The position numbers were made by a program, and so were the translations under genes. Below the pieces are notes generated by a model. It made no database searches. It was not told where the DNA came from and worked only from the letters and a program-made list of their open reading frames with translations. DNA of 63,989 bases, counting the filler, from Reclinomonas americana ATCC 50394 (lineage: Eukaryota): assembly GCA_048213135.1 (NCBI GenBank). It is 5 parts of 3 records of this genome, joined end to end, with 100 filler letters (N's around TTAATTAATTAA, not from the genome) between each part and the next. Parts side by side here need not be neighbours in the genome. Positions count along the whole stretch, not along the records: positions 40,224 to 60,638 come from PS015077.1; 4 more parts are not named here. One strand, 5' to 3'. Shown here piece after piece: positions 40,678 through 52,779 of the stretch. Numbering within the stretch: the stretch's first letter is position 1; each line of letters begins with the position of its first letter.

Positions 40678-42293
40678 ATGAGTGGCAAGGCATCTGTGTT
40701 GAACGGGACTGTGTGTGTGGCCATTGGTCAGCGCAGTGAGCTGCTTGGTGAGGATAAAGTATGCAAGTTGTTGCTCTCTCTTCCGCGATCACTCTCGTGT
40801 GCGATGTTGGCTCATGTGTGCACACTCTCCGTTCACTTGTGCACACTCTCCGCTCACTTGTGCACACTTCCAACACGTAATTCTCTCAGTCAGCATCCAT
40901 TGTCACTCATTCTCACTCATTTCACGCTCTTGCTGTCTTGTGCTCACTCAGGTCGACTCGCACTGGCACAGATACACTCTTTACGCACTTTCCGCTCACT
41001 TGTGCACACTTTCCGCACACTTTCTGCACGCAATTCTCTCAGTCAGCACATTCTCACTCATATCGCGCTCTTGCTCCCTCGAGCTCACTCAGGTCCACTT
41101 GTAACCACACAGGCACACCACTTACTCGTTTAACACTCACTTGCGCACACTTTTAGCACATTCACGCTCACATTCCCTCTATTCTCTCAGTCAATCATGC
41201 ACTTCTTCTCACCCGTTCCTGCGCTCTTCTGGTCATTCAGAGTCACACAGACGCTCCTTACCTTCCGTGCCACCTATTCTCTCCCTCCACGCCATTCCCT
41301 TTCCTCACTCACTTCTTGTGGCCACAGCTCGACAACTGGTGATTCCGAATCACAGTGCGGCACAGCGCGTGGAGGCCGACACACGACGCATCCTACGATC
41401 GCCGGCCGTGCAGCGCATGCCTGCCGGGTCGCGAGTAGTGGTGCGCGATCCCATGACGGTGAGTCTGAGGTGACGCTTGTCTCTCTTCCACAATGTTGCT
41501 CACCCCGTTGCAGGCCCTCCGCGCATTCATCCGCATGGGCGAGCATCAGATGGTGTTTGTGGTGTGGGCCGAGGAGAGCACATCGGTGAGAGCGGGTGGC
41601 CATTCTGCTGCGCGCACCAGTCGCCTTAGTTGTCTCACGTGCAGCGCGCAGCTGAATGACATGTCGGCGGTGGTAGAGGTCCTCGTGCATCACGTACACA
41701 GGGCGGTCAAGCTGGACAAGAGCGGCACGGTGTCTGCAGAGGCCGTCACCACACACATGGAGTCGACGATGGTGGGCTTCATCTTCGTTCTTCACGTCTG
41801 TAGCCGCTCCTGTTGCTGACTTGACCATGCGCACACAGGCAAAGCTCCGCGAGGGCAAGTACCGCTCGGAGATCGCCGCCGTGCAGGAGCAGATCGACGA
41901 AGTGCGCAGTGTGCTTCTCCAGAGCATTGGTACGCGCCCTGTCTCTCACTTGTCACGCTCCACTTGCGAATTACCGACTCGCTGACGCGGCAGAGAGCGC
42001 ACTGGAACGTGGCGATCGCGTCGGCCGTCTCACCGAATCCACCGCTCTCCTCACCAACCAGGCCAACACATTCAAGAAACAATCAGACCAAGTACGACAG
42101 ACGTTCTGCTCAAGGGTCAGTCTCTTGCATCTCCGCACATCGCTTTCTCGTTTCGCCACGAGCCCACTCCCTCCTTCTCTTCACACGCACACAGCATCGC
42201 AAGCTCATAATCATTCTCTCCATCATCCTGCTCGTGCTCATTGGTGGCGGCGTCGTGCTGGCCCTCTGGCTCACACATGTAATCAACTTTTGA
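40678..42293 (+). CDS. Longin R-SNARE, VAMP7-like paralogue 1
   Basis: Divergent longin domain, synaptobrevin motif EIAAVQEQIDEVRSVLLQSIESALERGDRVGRLTESTALLTNQANTFKKQS, and a C-terminal TM helix. Confidence 0.88.
40817..41160. repeat. Degenerate tandem repeats (GCACACT..CCGCTCACTTGT) in the first intron of longin paralogue 1
   Basis: A ~22-bp unit repeated several times within a larger ~150-bp duplication. Confidence 0.7.
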
Positions 42294-42342
42294 AGTGTTC
42301 TTCCGGTCGATCGTCCTGCTGTTCTCCTCCCTCACCATACGT

Positions 42343-43213
42343 ATGATCTCGGTGATCGACTCCACTCGCACCTCTGTTGCACTGCTGGCCGTCGGATACA
42401 ACGATGCCATCATCGGTGTGCTTCTCTCTCTTGCACGCAGACACACACAGGGAAGAGTCTCACAAGGCCTCCACACACCACAGCGAAAAAGGTCGTCTCC
42501 TCACACAAAGACACTGATCGCCTGCTGGCCGACGCACAACGCGCACTGAGTGTGGTCACTGATGGGCGACGCCCACGTGTCAACTATGCAGATGAGAGCA
42601 CAGTTGCGCGCAATCATCTTATCTCTCACAATCACACACAGACTCGCTCACACTCACACGCAGGGACTGCACGTGACAGCCGTGGTCGACACTCGTGGAC
42701 TGGTGTACTTTGTGTGGTACCACCCTGGTCAACACATGGAGGTGCGCCTCTATCTCAATGTCACTCACTCTGATCACTGATTGCAATCGCAGGCGCGCAC
42801 TGCACTCGACACAGTGACACAGCTCTCCAACGAGGTGCGCGATCATGTGCCACTGGACGCCGATGCAGGCACTCTGAGGTCGCACATTAAGCGACTGTTG
42901 AGTGCCAAGGCCAAGACACTGATGGACTCGGAGCATGGATCTTTGTTGGCAGGAGGATCGTCGTCACTGTCTTCGCGATCGAGTGGAGGACGCCGGCAAA
43001 AGTCGTTTCAGGAGGCCGCCAGTGACTTGCTGCGCAGTGCGGTGTGTTGTATGTGTGTTCTTGCAAGGAGGGAGGGATGGCAAACAGCGACTCATGTGAG
43101 GTGAGCAGAAACGCCGACAGCAGTGCCGCTACACGATTGTTGTGGTCGTCTGCAGTGTGGTGGTGCTGGCCGGGCTGACGGTGCTGGCGCTGTGGCTGTT
43201 GCATGTGTTCTGA
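42343..43213 (+). CDS. Longin-domain tail-anchored protein lacking the SNARE core (paralogue 2)
   Basis: Its first three introns are at the same positions and phases as in the neighbours, with longin similarity (AKKVV, GLHVTAVVD..LVYFVW). A Ser/Gly linker replaces the SNARE motif, followed by a C-terminal TM helix. Confidence 0.75.
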
Positions 43214-44210
43214 ATGCGCACGATGGCTTCGTGGAGAAAGGGGAGCTCGAGCCTCGTGGTGATGATGATGAGGACAGGGCGACCAGAGTGCTGGCCGCCA
43301 CTGGCAGCGGATAATGCTGCATGCGAGGCAGTAAACGAAGGAGAAGGTTCGTACGATGCAGCACAGAGAAGATCGAGATGTAAGCGCTTGGAGGGAAGGG
43401 TGATTGAGAAGGAGAGGTAAGATTGCAGCTGGGACGAAGGAGAGAGAGGACTGATGTGCAAGCGACGGATTGGATCCGGCTCCGGACCAGAGAGCTCATG
43501 GGCTTCTTGTGTGCAGGGTAGGCTGTTCGTGAACGGAAGGTCCACGTCACAGCCCTGCCCTGACGCAAGTGACGACGTGCACGTGATCAAGGCCACGACC
43601 GGGGACACAGACAACGATACGGACTGAAGCACTGGAAGGCTTTCGCAAAGGTGAGGTCTTCATTACGTTTGCTGCAGCTGCACTTCGACGACGTCGATGT
43701 TAGTGACGACGCGATCAACTGCGAGATGGAGGACGATCCGCAGCGCGCAGGGATCTCGCCTATATGATCTTCTGCTGAGCCAGGGACGACGTATCAGGTT
43801 CGAGACAACGATGAAGGAGGCAGACAGCCATGCGGACCACTGCATCAAACCTTGCGCACGAACGAAAGGTCCACGTGCGCTGCGTCACAACCCTGCCCTT
43901 ACGACGCGATCAGGGACACATACAACGATACGGACCAGAGCCTGGAACTGCTGCTGCGTGCAAGGTGCACAAAGGGACGTGACCGGTACCCTGCAGCTGA
44001 CGCAAGTGACGACGCGATCACGGTCTCAAGGTGGCAAAACATGCTTCGAATTCGGCTCTCAAGAAGTTCGCTAGCAGTTGTAAATTACGGGCTGTAAGCT
44101 GCACTTCAGTACAGTTGCTCTGCACTTCTTGTCCTTCCGCATGTCGTCGTGTTGTCCCGTTCGGATCTTGAGTGTTTTTTCCGTCTTAGTGTCTCTGTGA
44201 AGAGTGTAAG

Positions 44211-45812
44211 ATGGCCTCTGCAGCAACCTCCACCAATCCTCTCACCTCCATTGTGATGCTCGCCATTGGCGAGGCCGATGCGTTGCATGGCAAGTAAACA
44301 CAACTCACTCACTTTGTGTCTCTCATTCTCTCACTCTCTCTCTCTCTCTTTGTGTGTGTAAACAGCAAAGAAAGTGGTCAATGGGCATGAGGCCTCTGAG
44401 CGACTGGAGGCGGAGACAGAGCGCATTCTGCATTCGTTGCCCATGCGCGCAGGAACGCGAAATGCAGCGCATGATGCTCACACAGTGCGTGTGTGTGTAA
44501 AGAGGGAAAGAGAGCACAGAGAGAGAGAGAGAGAGAGAGAGGAAGGGGGAAAGAGAGCAATGCATTCGTTCGTCATCATCGGGGCTCTGATTGATTGTGC
44601 ATTTTTNNNNNNNNNNNNNNNNNNNNCTCTCTCTCCTCTCCTCCCTCCTCTCCTCTCCCTCCTCTCCTCTCCTCTCCTCTCCTCTCCTCTCCTCTCCTCT
44701 CCTCTCCTCTCCTCTCCTCTCCCTCCTGCCTCTCTCTCTCTCTGTCTCTATCTCCTTGTTCCTTGTCGTCTTCTCTGACGCGAGTCGTCTGCTGTCAGCC
44801 TCTTGGTCGTCTTCCTTGTCGCTCATTCGGTGACTCTCGCTTTCCTGGTCCTCGTCTCTGTCGCTCATGCATTACCGTGCCTCATGATGCACTTGCGTCT
44901 ACCCTCTTGTGTCTGTGTGTGGTGTCGACGGAATTGCCGTGTTCTTGCTGCCCCATGTCCCTGTCTCTTCATTCGCTTGATATTGCTCTCCTGGCCATTG
45001 CTGTGTCCTTGGCTCGTCTGCATTGCTGTGTTCTTCCTCCTCGCTGTCTCGGCCTCACGATTCTGCTGCCGCGGTGTTCTCTGTCTCGTTTTCCTGCTCC
45101 TATCTCCACACTTTGACTCACACCTTGCCCTCCACTTCAATGCAGGGCCTCCGCGTGCTGATGGTTGTCGACGATCGCCCGCTGGCGTACTTTGCCTGGG
45201 TTACCGAGTCGGCCAAGGTGCGCACTCTTTCCCAGCCAACTCCTCTCCATCCTCGTCTCATCGTGTCCCCTTTACCAAGTTGGTGCCAACGTACGCCGTG
45301 CTGGACGCTCTGAGCAGGCGAGCACGCGCAGACGTGCCGCCCACAACCAGAGGCGGCCCGCTGGTGAAGGCCCTGAAGGCTGTCCTCGCCAAAGTAATTG
45401 ACGAGACACGAGACGGGCAGCACCGCGACGAAATCGCACACGTGGCGAACCAGGTGCAAGACGCCAAGCAGGTCATGGTCGACAATATCGGTGCGTGCAC
45501 TCCCACCTGATGCCCTCGCGACCTTCACTCACTTCTCAATCACAGACAAGCTGATTGAGCGGCAGGGAAGGCTGGAGAAGGTGAGCGAGAAGACCGAGCT
45601 GCTGGCGAACCAGGCGAGCACTTTCCGCCAACGATCCACAGAAGTACGCAAGCATTTTTGCATGCAGGTGTGTGTTCCGAAGTTAGTCCCGTGCCTTGGG
45701 TTGGATGCTCATCTCTCTGTGCGCGCAGCACTGGAAAATGACTCTGATTGTGTCGATTATCGTGCTTGGCGGCGTGACGGTGCTCATTTTGTTCCTCGCC
45801 AAAGTCATTTGA
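44211..45812 (+). CDS. Longin R-SNARE, VAMP7-like paralogue 3
   Basis: DEIAHVANQVQDAKQVMVDNIDKLIERQGRLEKVSEKTELLANQASTFRQRSTEVRKHF plus a TM helix. The first intron is GC-AG. Confidence 0.9.
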
Positions 45813-46271
45813 GGTGGGAGGTGTGCCAGCGGATGGGCATGGGGGGGAGGTCGCCCAGTACAATTTTCCTTTATAAGATGTGGGGGAAGAAGGGGAAGAG
45901 AGAAAGAGAAAGGAGAAGGAAAGCAAGAGCAATTTGGTGGCGTAGATGACTGATGGGGATAACAGAGTGAGTGACGAAGGGGAGGATGCGTCAACAGCGG
46001 CCTTTTCTCAGGCTCCGACATTTGAGTGGTGTGCTGTTTCGTTCATTCAGCTCGTCTGCGGAGAACGAGAGGCTTCCTCTAATGCTACTTCACGACTGCC
46101 AACCACTGGCAGTCGAGGTTGCGTGTCGCCAGCGCAATGAGCAGCTGCGCGACCATTGTCACTCCCGCGTCGTGCAACGGGTGCCAAGAGAACCGACGGC
46201 GGATCCCGTTCGGATCCACGTCATTGTCGTCGTTGTTCTCTCCACAATCTCCATGCAGTTCCCCGAGTCGC

Positions 46272-47122
46272 TCATCGATGCCGTGCCCGGGCAAATGCCG
46301 CACCCATCTCCTGCAGGAAGAACTTCTCCATCGCATCCGCACACTGGTAGTACTCGGTCTCTCGCTCGTTAAAGTAGCGACAGTTGTCAAAGATGCGCTT
46401 GACATCGGCGCCAAACATCTCCTTGGTGCGGTAGAAGCGCGCTTTCAGCCGTTCACCCACTGTTTGGAGGTCTGCAACAGGGGTGTGTGTGTGAGAGAGA
46501 CACAACTGTGACATGGAGCAGTTCCGTATCGCCGCTCACCCATGGGATCCAGAATCCAGTCCGTGTAACCCGGCACCGCTTCCGGATCGACCGGCTCCAG
46601 AAACGGCCACGCATGCTTGCTCTTGCGCATGCGCTCCAGCACACCCTCCAGAATGCGTTGCAGCTTCAGGATTTCCTCACTGCGCGAAGAGTGAGACCAA
46701 TGATGCGCAGCAGTGGGGCAGAAGACGGGTGACGAAACTCGGGTGTCTCCAGTTCCGGACGCGCCATGTTGCAGTCGCCCACACCGGGAATCGACAGAAT
46801 TGGCTTCGGTGACGGGTCGCTCCGAAAGTCCAATCCCGACCGGCGCAAGTGCGAGCGACTGCGCTGGCGCACCAGGCGCATGATGTATTCGCGTTGCATG
46901 CCGAGCATCTCCGGGATGTTGGTGTAGTCGACCTGCGGGAGGGCAAGAGTGAGGAAAGGAGAGGGAAAGGAGGCGGGAAGGGGGTAGGGAGCACCTTCGG
47001 GTGGATGAAACACTCCATCAACTGGCCGCCGTCGTAGTCCTTGATGTAGCCGCGCCATCGTGGGTTCGGGTCGGTGACTTTGACGAAGCCTTGTTTCTGG
47101 GGTGGCAAAGGTGAGGGGAAAG

Positions 47123-47179
<57 letters not shown>

Positions 47180-47448
47180 AGAAGGAAGGAAGGGAAGTAA
47201 AGTACTAATTAACGAAGACGAACGAACGACTCGACCACCACGACAACGAGGACGTCGACGGTAAGGGAAAGACGGACGNNNNNNNNNNNNNNNNNNNNNN
47301 NNNNNNNNNNNNNNNNNNNNNNNNNNNNNNNNNNNNNNNNNNNNNNNNNNNNNNNNNNNNNNNNNNNNNNNNNNNNNNNNNNNNNNNNNNNNNNNNNNNN
47401 NNNNNNNNNNNNNNGACGAGAGAGAGAGACGAGAGAGAGACGAGAGAG

Positions 47449-47516
<68 letters not shown>

Positions 47517-49778
47517 ACGAGAGAAACAGAAAGAGGGGGAGGTAAAATCATTTACAAGCACGAAGCTGCCTACCAGCAACAGGATCGCGTAGGGAAAAGA
47601 GGCAAGGGAAACTGCGAATGCAAACACACGTACAATGCACGGAGAGGGACTGCGCAAGGGAGAAACAGAGAACAAGGGAACTGCGAATGAATTATGACAC
47701 GAGCAGCATCCGCAAGTAAGAGCCGTCAAGAGGAAGAGGCATGCGTGGGGCAGAGAGAGAGAGAGAGAGAGAGAGGAAGCAGCACAAGTTAGCGACGTGG
47801 TGACCGGCAGGAAGAATCGATTCGAGACTATGACTCAATGAAAGCAATCGTTTAGCACGCTCACGGGCACTGGGCGAGAGAGGAAGATAATGGACACGAG
47901 AAAGAGAATGAGAATGAATCACAAGAATGAAGCAGCGAATGCCAGCATGTGCAACTGAGGGAATAGGTCTGCGTGAGAATGAGAGACAGAACAAACTGCG
48001 ACCGGAAACGAAGCAAGATTATCAAAGAGAGAAAGAGAGGGTGGAGGGAAAGAGATGACATCAAGAACTCGCAAGAGGCACGCCAACCAGAGACGAACGA
48101 AACTTTGAAGTAATCCACAGCATGATTGTCGGCATACGTCAAGTACCGCATGATGCCGAGGCGCGCCGAGAACTTTTTCAAGTGATTCATCAGCCGCGTG
48201 CCGTAGCCGCGCACCTGCTCCTCTCCACTGACAGCGCAAAACACAATCTCCGCGAATCCACGATCAAAGAACGGTCGAAAGCAGATTCCACCAATGACGC
48301 GGTCCTGCTTGATGCCGACCACCGACTGATGCTTGCGATCAAACACCACGCGCGACACATATGGCAGCGGCATGTTGGGCAACTGGCGATGAAAGATGCG
48401 ACGCAGATACAGCAGTGGCACCAGCACGCTCGGATCGTTGCTGTTGTTGGTGATCAGGCGGAAGGACAAGTCGCCCGAGGCCTCCTCGATTTTGGCAATG
48501 GCGTCGCGTGATCGTGCGGTGGGTGGGGGTTTCTGGAGGGGTGAGAGGGATGGAGGGGGAGGGGGAGGGAGAAGGGGGGAGGAAGGGGGGGAAGGGGGGA
48601 AGAGGGAAAGGGAGGGAGGGTGAGAGAGAGTGATGAGCACGAGAAAAAGAGATCGATGCACATCATTATGAAGAAGGGAGCGATGTACAGCAGGCAGGAA
48701 GAGAAAGAGAGCGACGTATAAGAGAGAGAGAGAGAGAGAGCGATGTACAAGAACAAGAGAACAGTAATGACCGATACAGCGCAGAGCGAGAGAGAAAGCG
48801 ATCGAAATGAGAGCGATGCACAAGAGAACGAGAGTGAGAGTGAAGCACAAGAGGACGAGAGCAAGTGCGAAGAACAAGAGAAAGAGGAAGGGAAGAGAGA
48901 TGTGCGAGAGTGAGAAAGCGATGGACACGAGGGTAGAGAGCAATGCACGAGAGAGCGAGAACGAGGGCGATGAACAAGAGAACAAGAGAGTCGAATCGCA
49001 AGAGATCGGGTGGGCGAGCGATATGAGACAGAAATCGATACCGGAGAGAGAGAGCGATGCACAAGAGAGAGCGATACACAAGAGAAGAGAGAGCAATGCA
49101 CAAGAGAACGAGACAATCACAACTCGACAAACCAATGCATCCGCAGTCGCCTCTCCATCTGCAGCCCCAGCTGCAGTCGCCGCCGTCGTGGTCGTCGTCG
49201 TCGTCGCCGACGTTGCAGTCGTGCTACTCGTCGACGTTGACATCGACCGCCCACCACGCCCACGTCCTCGTCCGCGCCCGCGCACACCACCGCCACGCAC
49301 CGACGTGCCACCATTCAACCGACGTCGCTTCTGCTCCGGCTCGCCTTCCTCTTCTTCCTCCTCCTCCTCTTCTTCTTCATCGCTGTCCTCTGCTTCGTCT
49401 TCTTCGTCCTCTGCATCCTCTTCTTCTTCTTCTTCTTGTTCATCATCATCATCATCTTCCTCCGCATCCTCGACATTGTCATCGGACTGCGCGGGAAACA
49501 ATCAGCAAATGCAAACTGAACACGCGCACACACATGCCAGCACGAACACGCACACACACAGAGAGGAGACAAGTGCACACACAGTGACAGAGCACACACA
49601 CAGAGAGAGAGAGAGTGCGCGTGTGTGTGTGTGTGTTTGTCATGCGCACCGCGTCATCTTCCTCCTCCTCGTCCCCGTCATCTTCTACCTCGTTCCCATC
49701 ATCGTCCTCCTCCTCCTCTGCTTCCTCTTCTTCTTCCTCCTCTTCTTCAACCTCCTCAAGCCGCCTTCGCCTCGGCAT
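46272..49778 (-). CDS. GCN5: Histone acetyltransferase GCN5 (GNAT plus bromodomain)
   Basis: QLPNMP..YVSRVVFD, GGICFRPF, FAEIVFCAV, QVRGYGTRLMNHLK, TYADNHAVDYFKKQGF, GYIKDYDGG, and bromodomain WPFLEPVD...PMDL...IFDNCRYFN. Confidence 0.97.
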
Positions 49779-49899
49779 TCCTTCACACACAGACACAGAG
49801 GACAGACACGTGCACGCGAGCGGCGACTGCACTGTCCATTGTCACCACCCGGGGTGCTGGGGTGCTGCCGTACCCCTACNNNNNNNNNNNNNNNNNNNN

Positions 49900-50164
49900 C
49901 TCATTCTCCAAGAGCGAGATCGCTCCCCTCTACAAGAACCTGGGCATTGCGGTCACCGAGTTGTCGCACAATCCGCTGCTCGAGGAGCGCGAACGTCTGC
50001 TCTTCCGTGAGGAATCGATCCGGGCCTGGCGTCGGTACCTCCACGAGGCGCCAACTGATGCGCAAGCCGACAGCTTCCGGCGCATCATCTCCGAGGCCGA
50101 ACGGGAGCTGGCAGAACACGCGCGCAATCGCGACGCTGAGTTCATGTCGCTCACCCCGTCCTAG
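49900..50164 (+). CDS. 3' terminal exon resembling the TMEM260 (protein O-mannosyltransferase) C-terminus; the rest is missing
   Basis: LYKNLGIA...EESIRAWRRYLHEAPTDAQ resembles the recalled TMEM260 pattern KN.AIA...E.IR...Y...AP.D.Q. It begins right after a 20-N gap. Confidence 0.5.
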
Positions 50165-50205
50165 AATCCAATGAACGAAGTGTCCTTCAGTTCTTCTATT
50201 CTTCC

Positions 50206-52740
50206 ATGAGCATTGTGGAGTCGGTGACCCTCGGCAACGCTGAGCTGCCTCGCCACCGGCTCACCACCTCGTGCTCTTGTGAGTGAGTGCGTGTGAGCAG
50301 AGGTGACAAAGAGAGTGCAACTCACGAATGCACTCGTGCATGCAGACACGCCGAGTGGCAGTGGTGCGCCGACAAGTGCAGGCATTGGCATTGGCGACTA
50401 CTGTGTGTTCACCGATGGCTCCAGTCTCGTGGATGTGAGTCTCGCCACACAAGTGATTGACTACTTTCCCGTGCGCAACACTGAGGAGTACCATGGGTGC
50501 GTGTGCGTGGAGGGAGAGAGGAGGATGCATTCCTTGTGTCTCTCTGACCTTGTGCAACAGTGTGGACGGTGTGTCGACCAATGGCACACACGTGGCCATT
50601 CTCTTCCGATCACCACGGCGACTGTTGTATCAAGCATGCAGTGGCGATGCAACGTTTTGTGCCGCGACTTGTCTCCGTCACTCTCGGATCTCGCTCATCT
50701 GCTGCCAAACACAGAGGCGATCTGAGCCACGCACGTGTGTGGCGCACCATCACCAAGGACATTGACGTGCGAGTGCGTGACTTTGCCTGCTGCCCGGCGC
50801 ACCACTCCAACATGCTGTTGGTGCGTTGTTGTTGTTGCAAGTCGGAGGTGAGTTGACGCTTCTCCCCTCATCGCCGTGTGCTGGCAGTTGTGGACGCAGC
50901 ACGGCGTGCAGCTGTATCGCATTGTGGACACGGACGACGCGTTTCCGGCTCCGTTCTGGTCGCTGTCGGTGCGTTGTGCACGGGTTGTCTGCGTCACTGC
51001 TGCTGGTCGCCGATCGAAACCTGTGCTTTTCTGTACAGGGCGACTTTTCGTTTTGCGGTTGGTCGTCGTCTGGGCGGCAGGTCTTTGTGTTGCGTCCACT
51101 GCGGCCACCATGCATGCGCTTTGGTCGTTGCATGCATATGCTTACCTATTGTTGCTCATGCGCAGTGCTGCCGGCCGTCACGTGCAAGTGTTTGACATTG
51201 GCAGCTTTGAACGACCGATGTGCCGGCTGGAGCACACGCTCATTTTTGACAGTCGCTCTGCGCGCGATGGCACGGCCTCGGGCTCCGATTCGTACACAGT
51301 CGGCGACGATGATGAGGAGTTGTCGCAGTTGGTGGATGTGGAGATCACCAATGTGCGCGACTGGCAGTGGGGTGTGGTGGCGTGCGGGCACGAGACCATT
51401 CGCCTCTCCGAAATGCATCGCCTGCAACTTCGTGAGCAACAGCGGCAGCGACAGGCGGCTGTTGGTCAGTTCCATGCCCGACCGGCGTTTGTGCCACCGC
51501 GTTCCTCTGTCGATGTTGCGTGAGGGAAACCCCCCTGCTGCTGCTGGTGCTTCGCTTGTTCTGACTGCGATGCCTGTCCAGCTGCCGCTCATTCAACCGA
51601 CGCTGGCTGGTGCCGTCGCCCCCGCTGGAGGTGTGTTGGAGGCCCTGATGAACATCACCACCATGAGCATGCATGATGTGTCGGCCGAGCATGCCGCCAT
51701 TGAGGTTTGCACGCACCGGCAACATGCATGGTAATTGCTTTCTCGGCAGCTGACCATGTTCCCTTGCAATACCGCAGAAATCGCAGAGTGTTGGTTTCGT
51801 GGCCGTGTGGCGTGTGGGACTGGGCGAAGGACCGATCCCGCAACTGTCGTGCGTGCCGACCAGCATGCGGTACCCTGAAATGCTGCTCGTGCAACAGGAC
51901 GTGCACATTCTGGCCGTGGCCTCATGCAGCCATCACAACGTCCAGCTGATGCGCATCTCGCATGCCGGCGATCTGCAGTCACACTTTGTGATCGATGTGC
52001 TGAAGAGCACTGAGCGGGTGAAGGGCTTGCACTGGGCGCGACCTGTGCGACAGCCCCGACGCCCACCCACCCCGTCGTCACCATCTGCCGCTCCGCTGTT
52101 CACCACCATTCCCGATCTCTTTGTGTTTGCCGGCGACGCCGCCGCACCACCCGCTCCCATGTCGCTACAGACGACTACTCGCTTCCAGTTGCGACTGTGC
52201 CGCATCGGTGACTTCCCCGAATTGCCGACGACTGTCGCCGATTCTGCCCCGCGACGTGCCTCACCGTTGCGTGCGCTTCCCTCTTTGTCGACTCTGCGTT
52301 CTGTTTTGTGTGGACGGTGTGCGTGTTGCAGGACGCCGGCGTCGCCTGCCAGAAGCGATCTCCTCCCGCCCGTCATCCCGGTCACACTTGCTGGGGCGGC
52401 GACATCATCGTCGGCCACGGGCTCGGTGACCACCTTTGACGACTTGCTGCGTTTCATGACGGTGCGCTTCGACGCCATTGAATCCACACTGCGCGGACAC
52501 ACGGCGCGACTCGACCGCATCGAGAAGTCGCTCGGTGGGACCGCCAAGAGGCAACCTGTCGTCGAAGAGACGGCACATTACCGCGTCCAACTTGGCACGG
52601 TGACGGCGCGTGCTGCGTCCGCGGTGGACGACGAAGATGACGACGATGATGACGAAGACGAAGACGATGAGGCGGTGCCACGGTACCACATTCCCACACC
52701 ACAAGAGTTCTTGGCCTTGTTACAAACACAAGGCAAGTAA
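50206..52740 (+). CDS. WD40-like beta-propeller plus C-terminal coiled coil, WDCP/C2orf44-like
   Basis: N-terminal VTLGNAELPRHRL and CVFTDGSSLV resemble recalled WDCP MELGKGKLLRTGL and LAWTDGNQVV. Beta-strand-rich exons are followed by the coiled coil FDAIESTLRGHTARLDRIEKSL. Confidence 0.55.
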
Positions 52741-52779
52741 AACGAGAGCCACGCTGAGACGAATGCGAAACATGTCGTG

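Noticed and set aside
49779-49899. Tiny stand-alone gene or overlap between GCN5 and the 49900-50164 ORF
   Set aside because: The ORF looks like the last exon of a much larger TMEM260-like gene. The 20-N gap is a placeholder hiding missing sequence or a misjoin.
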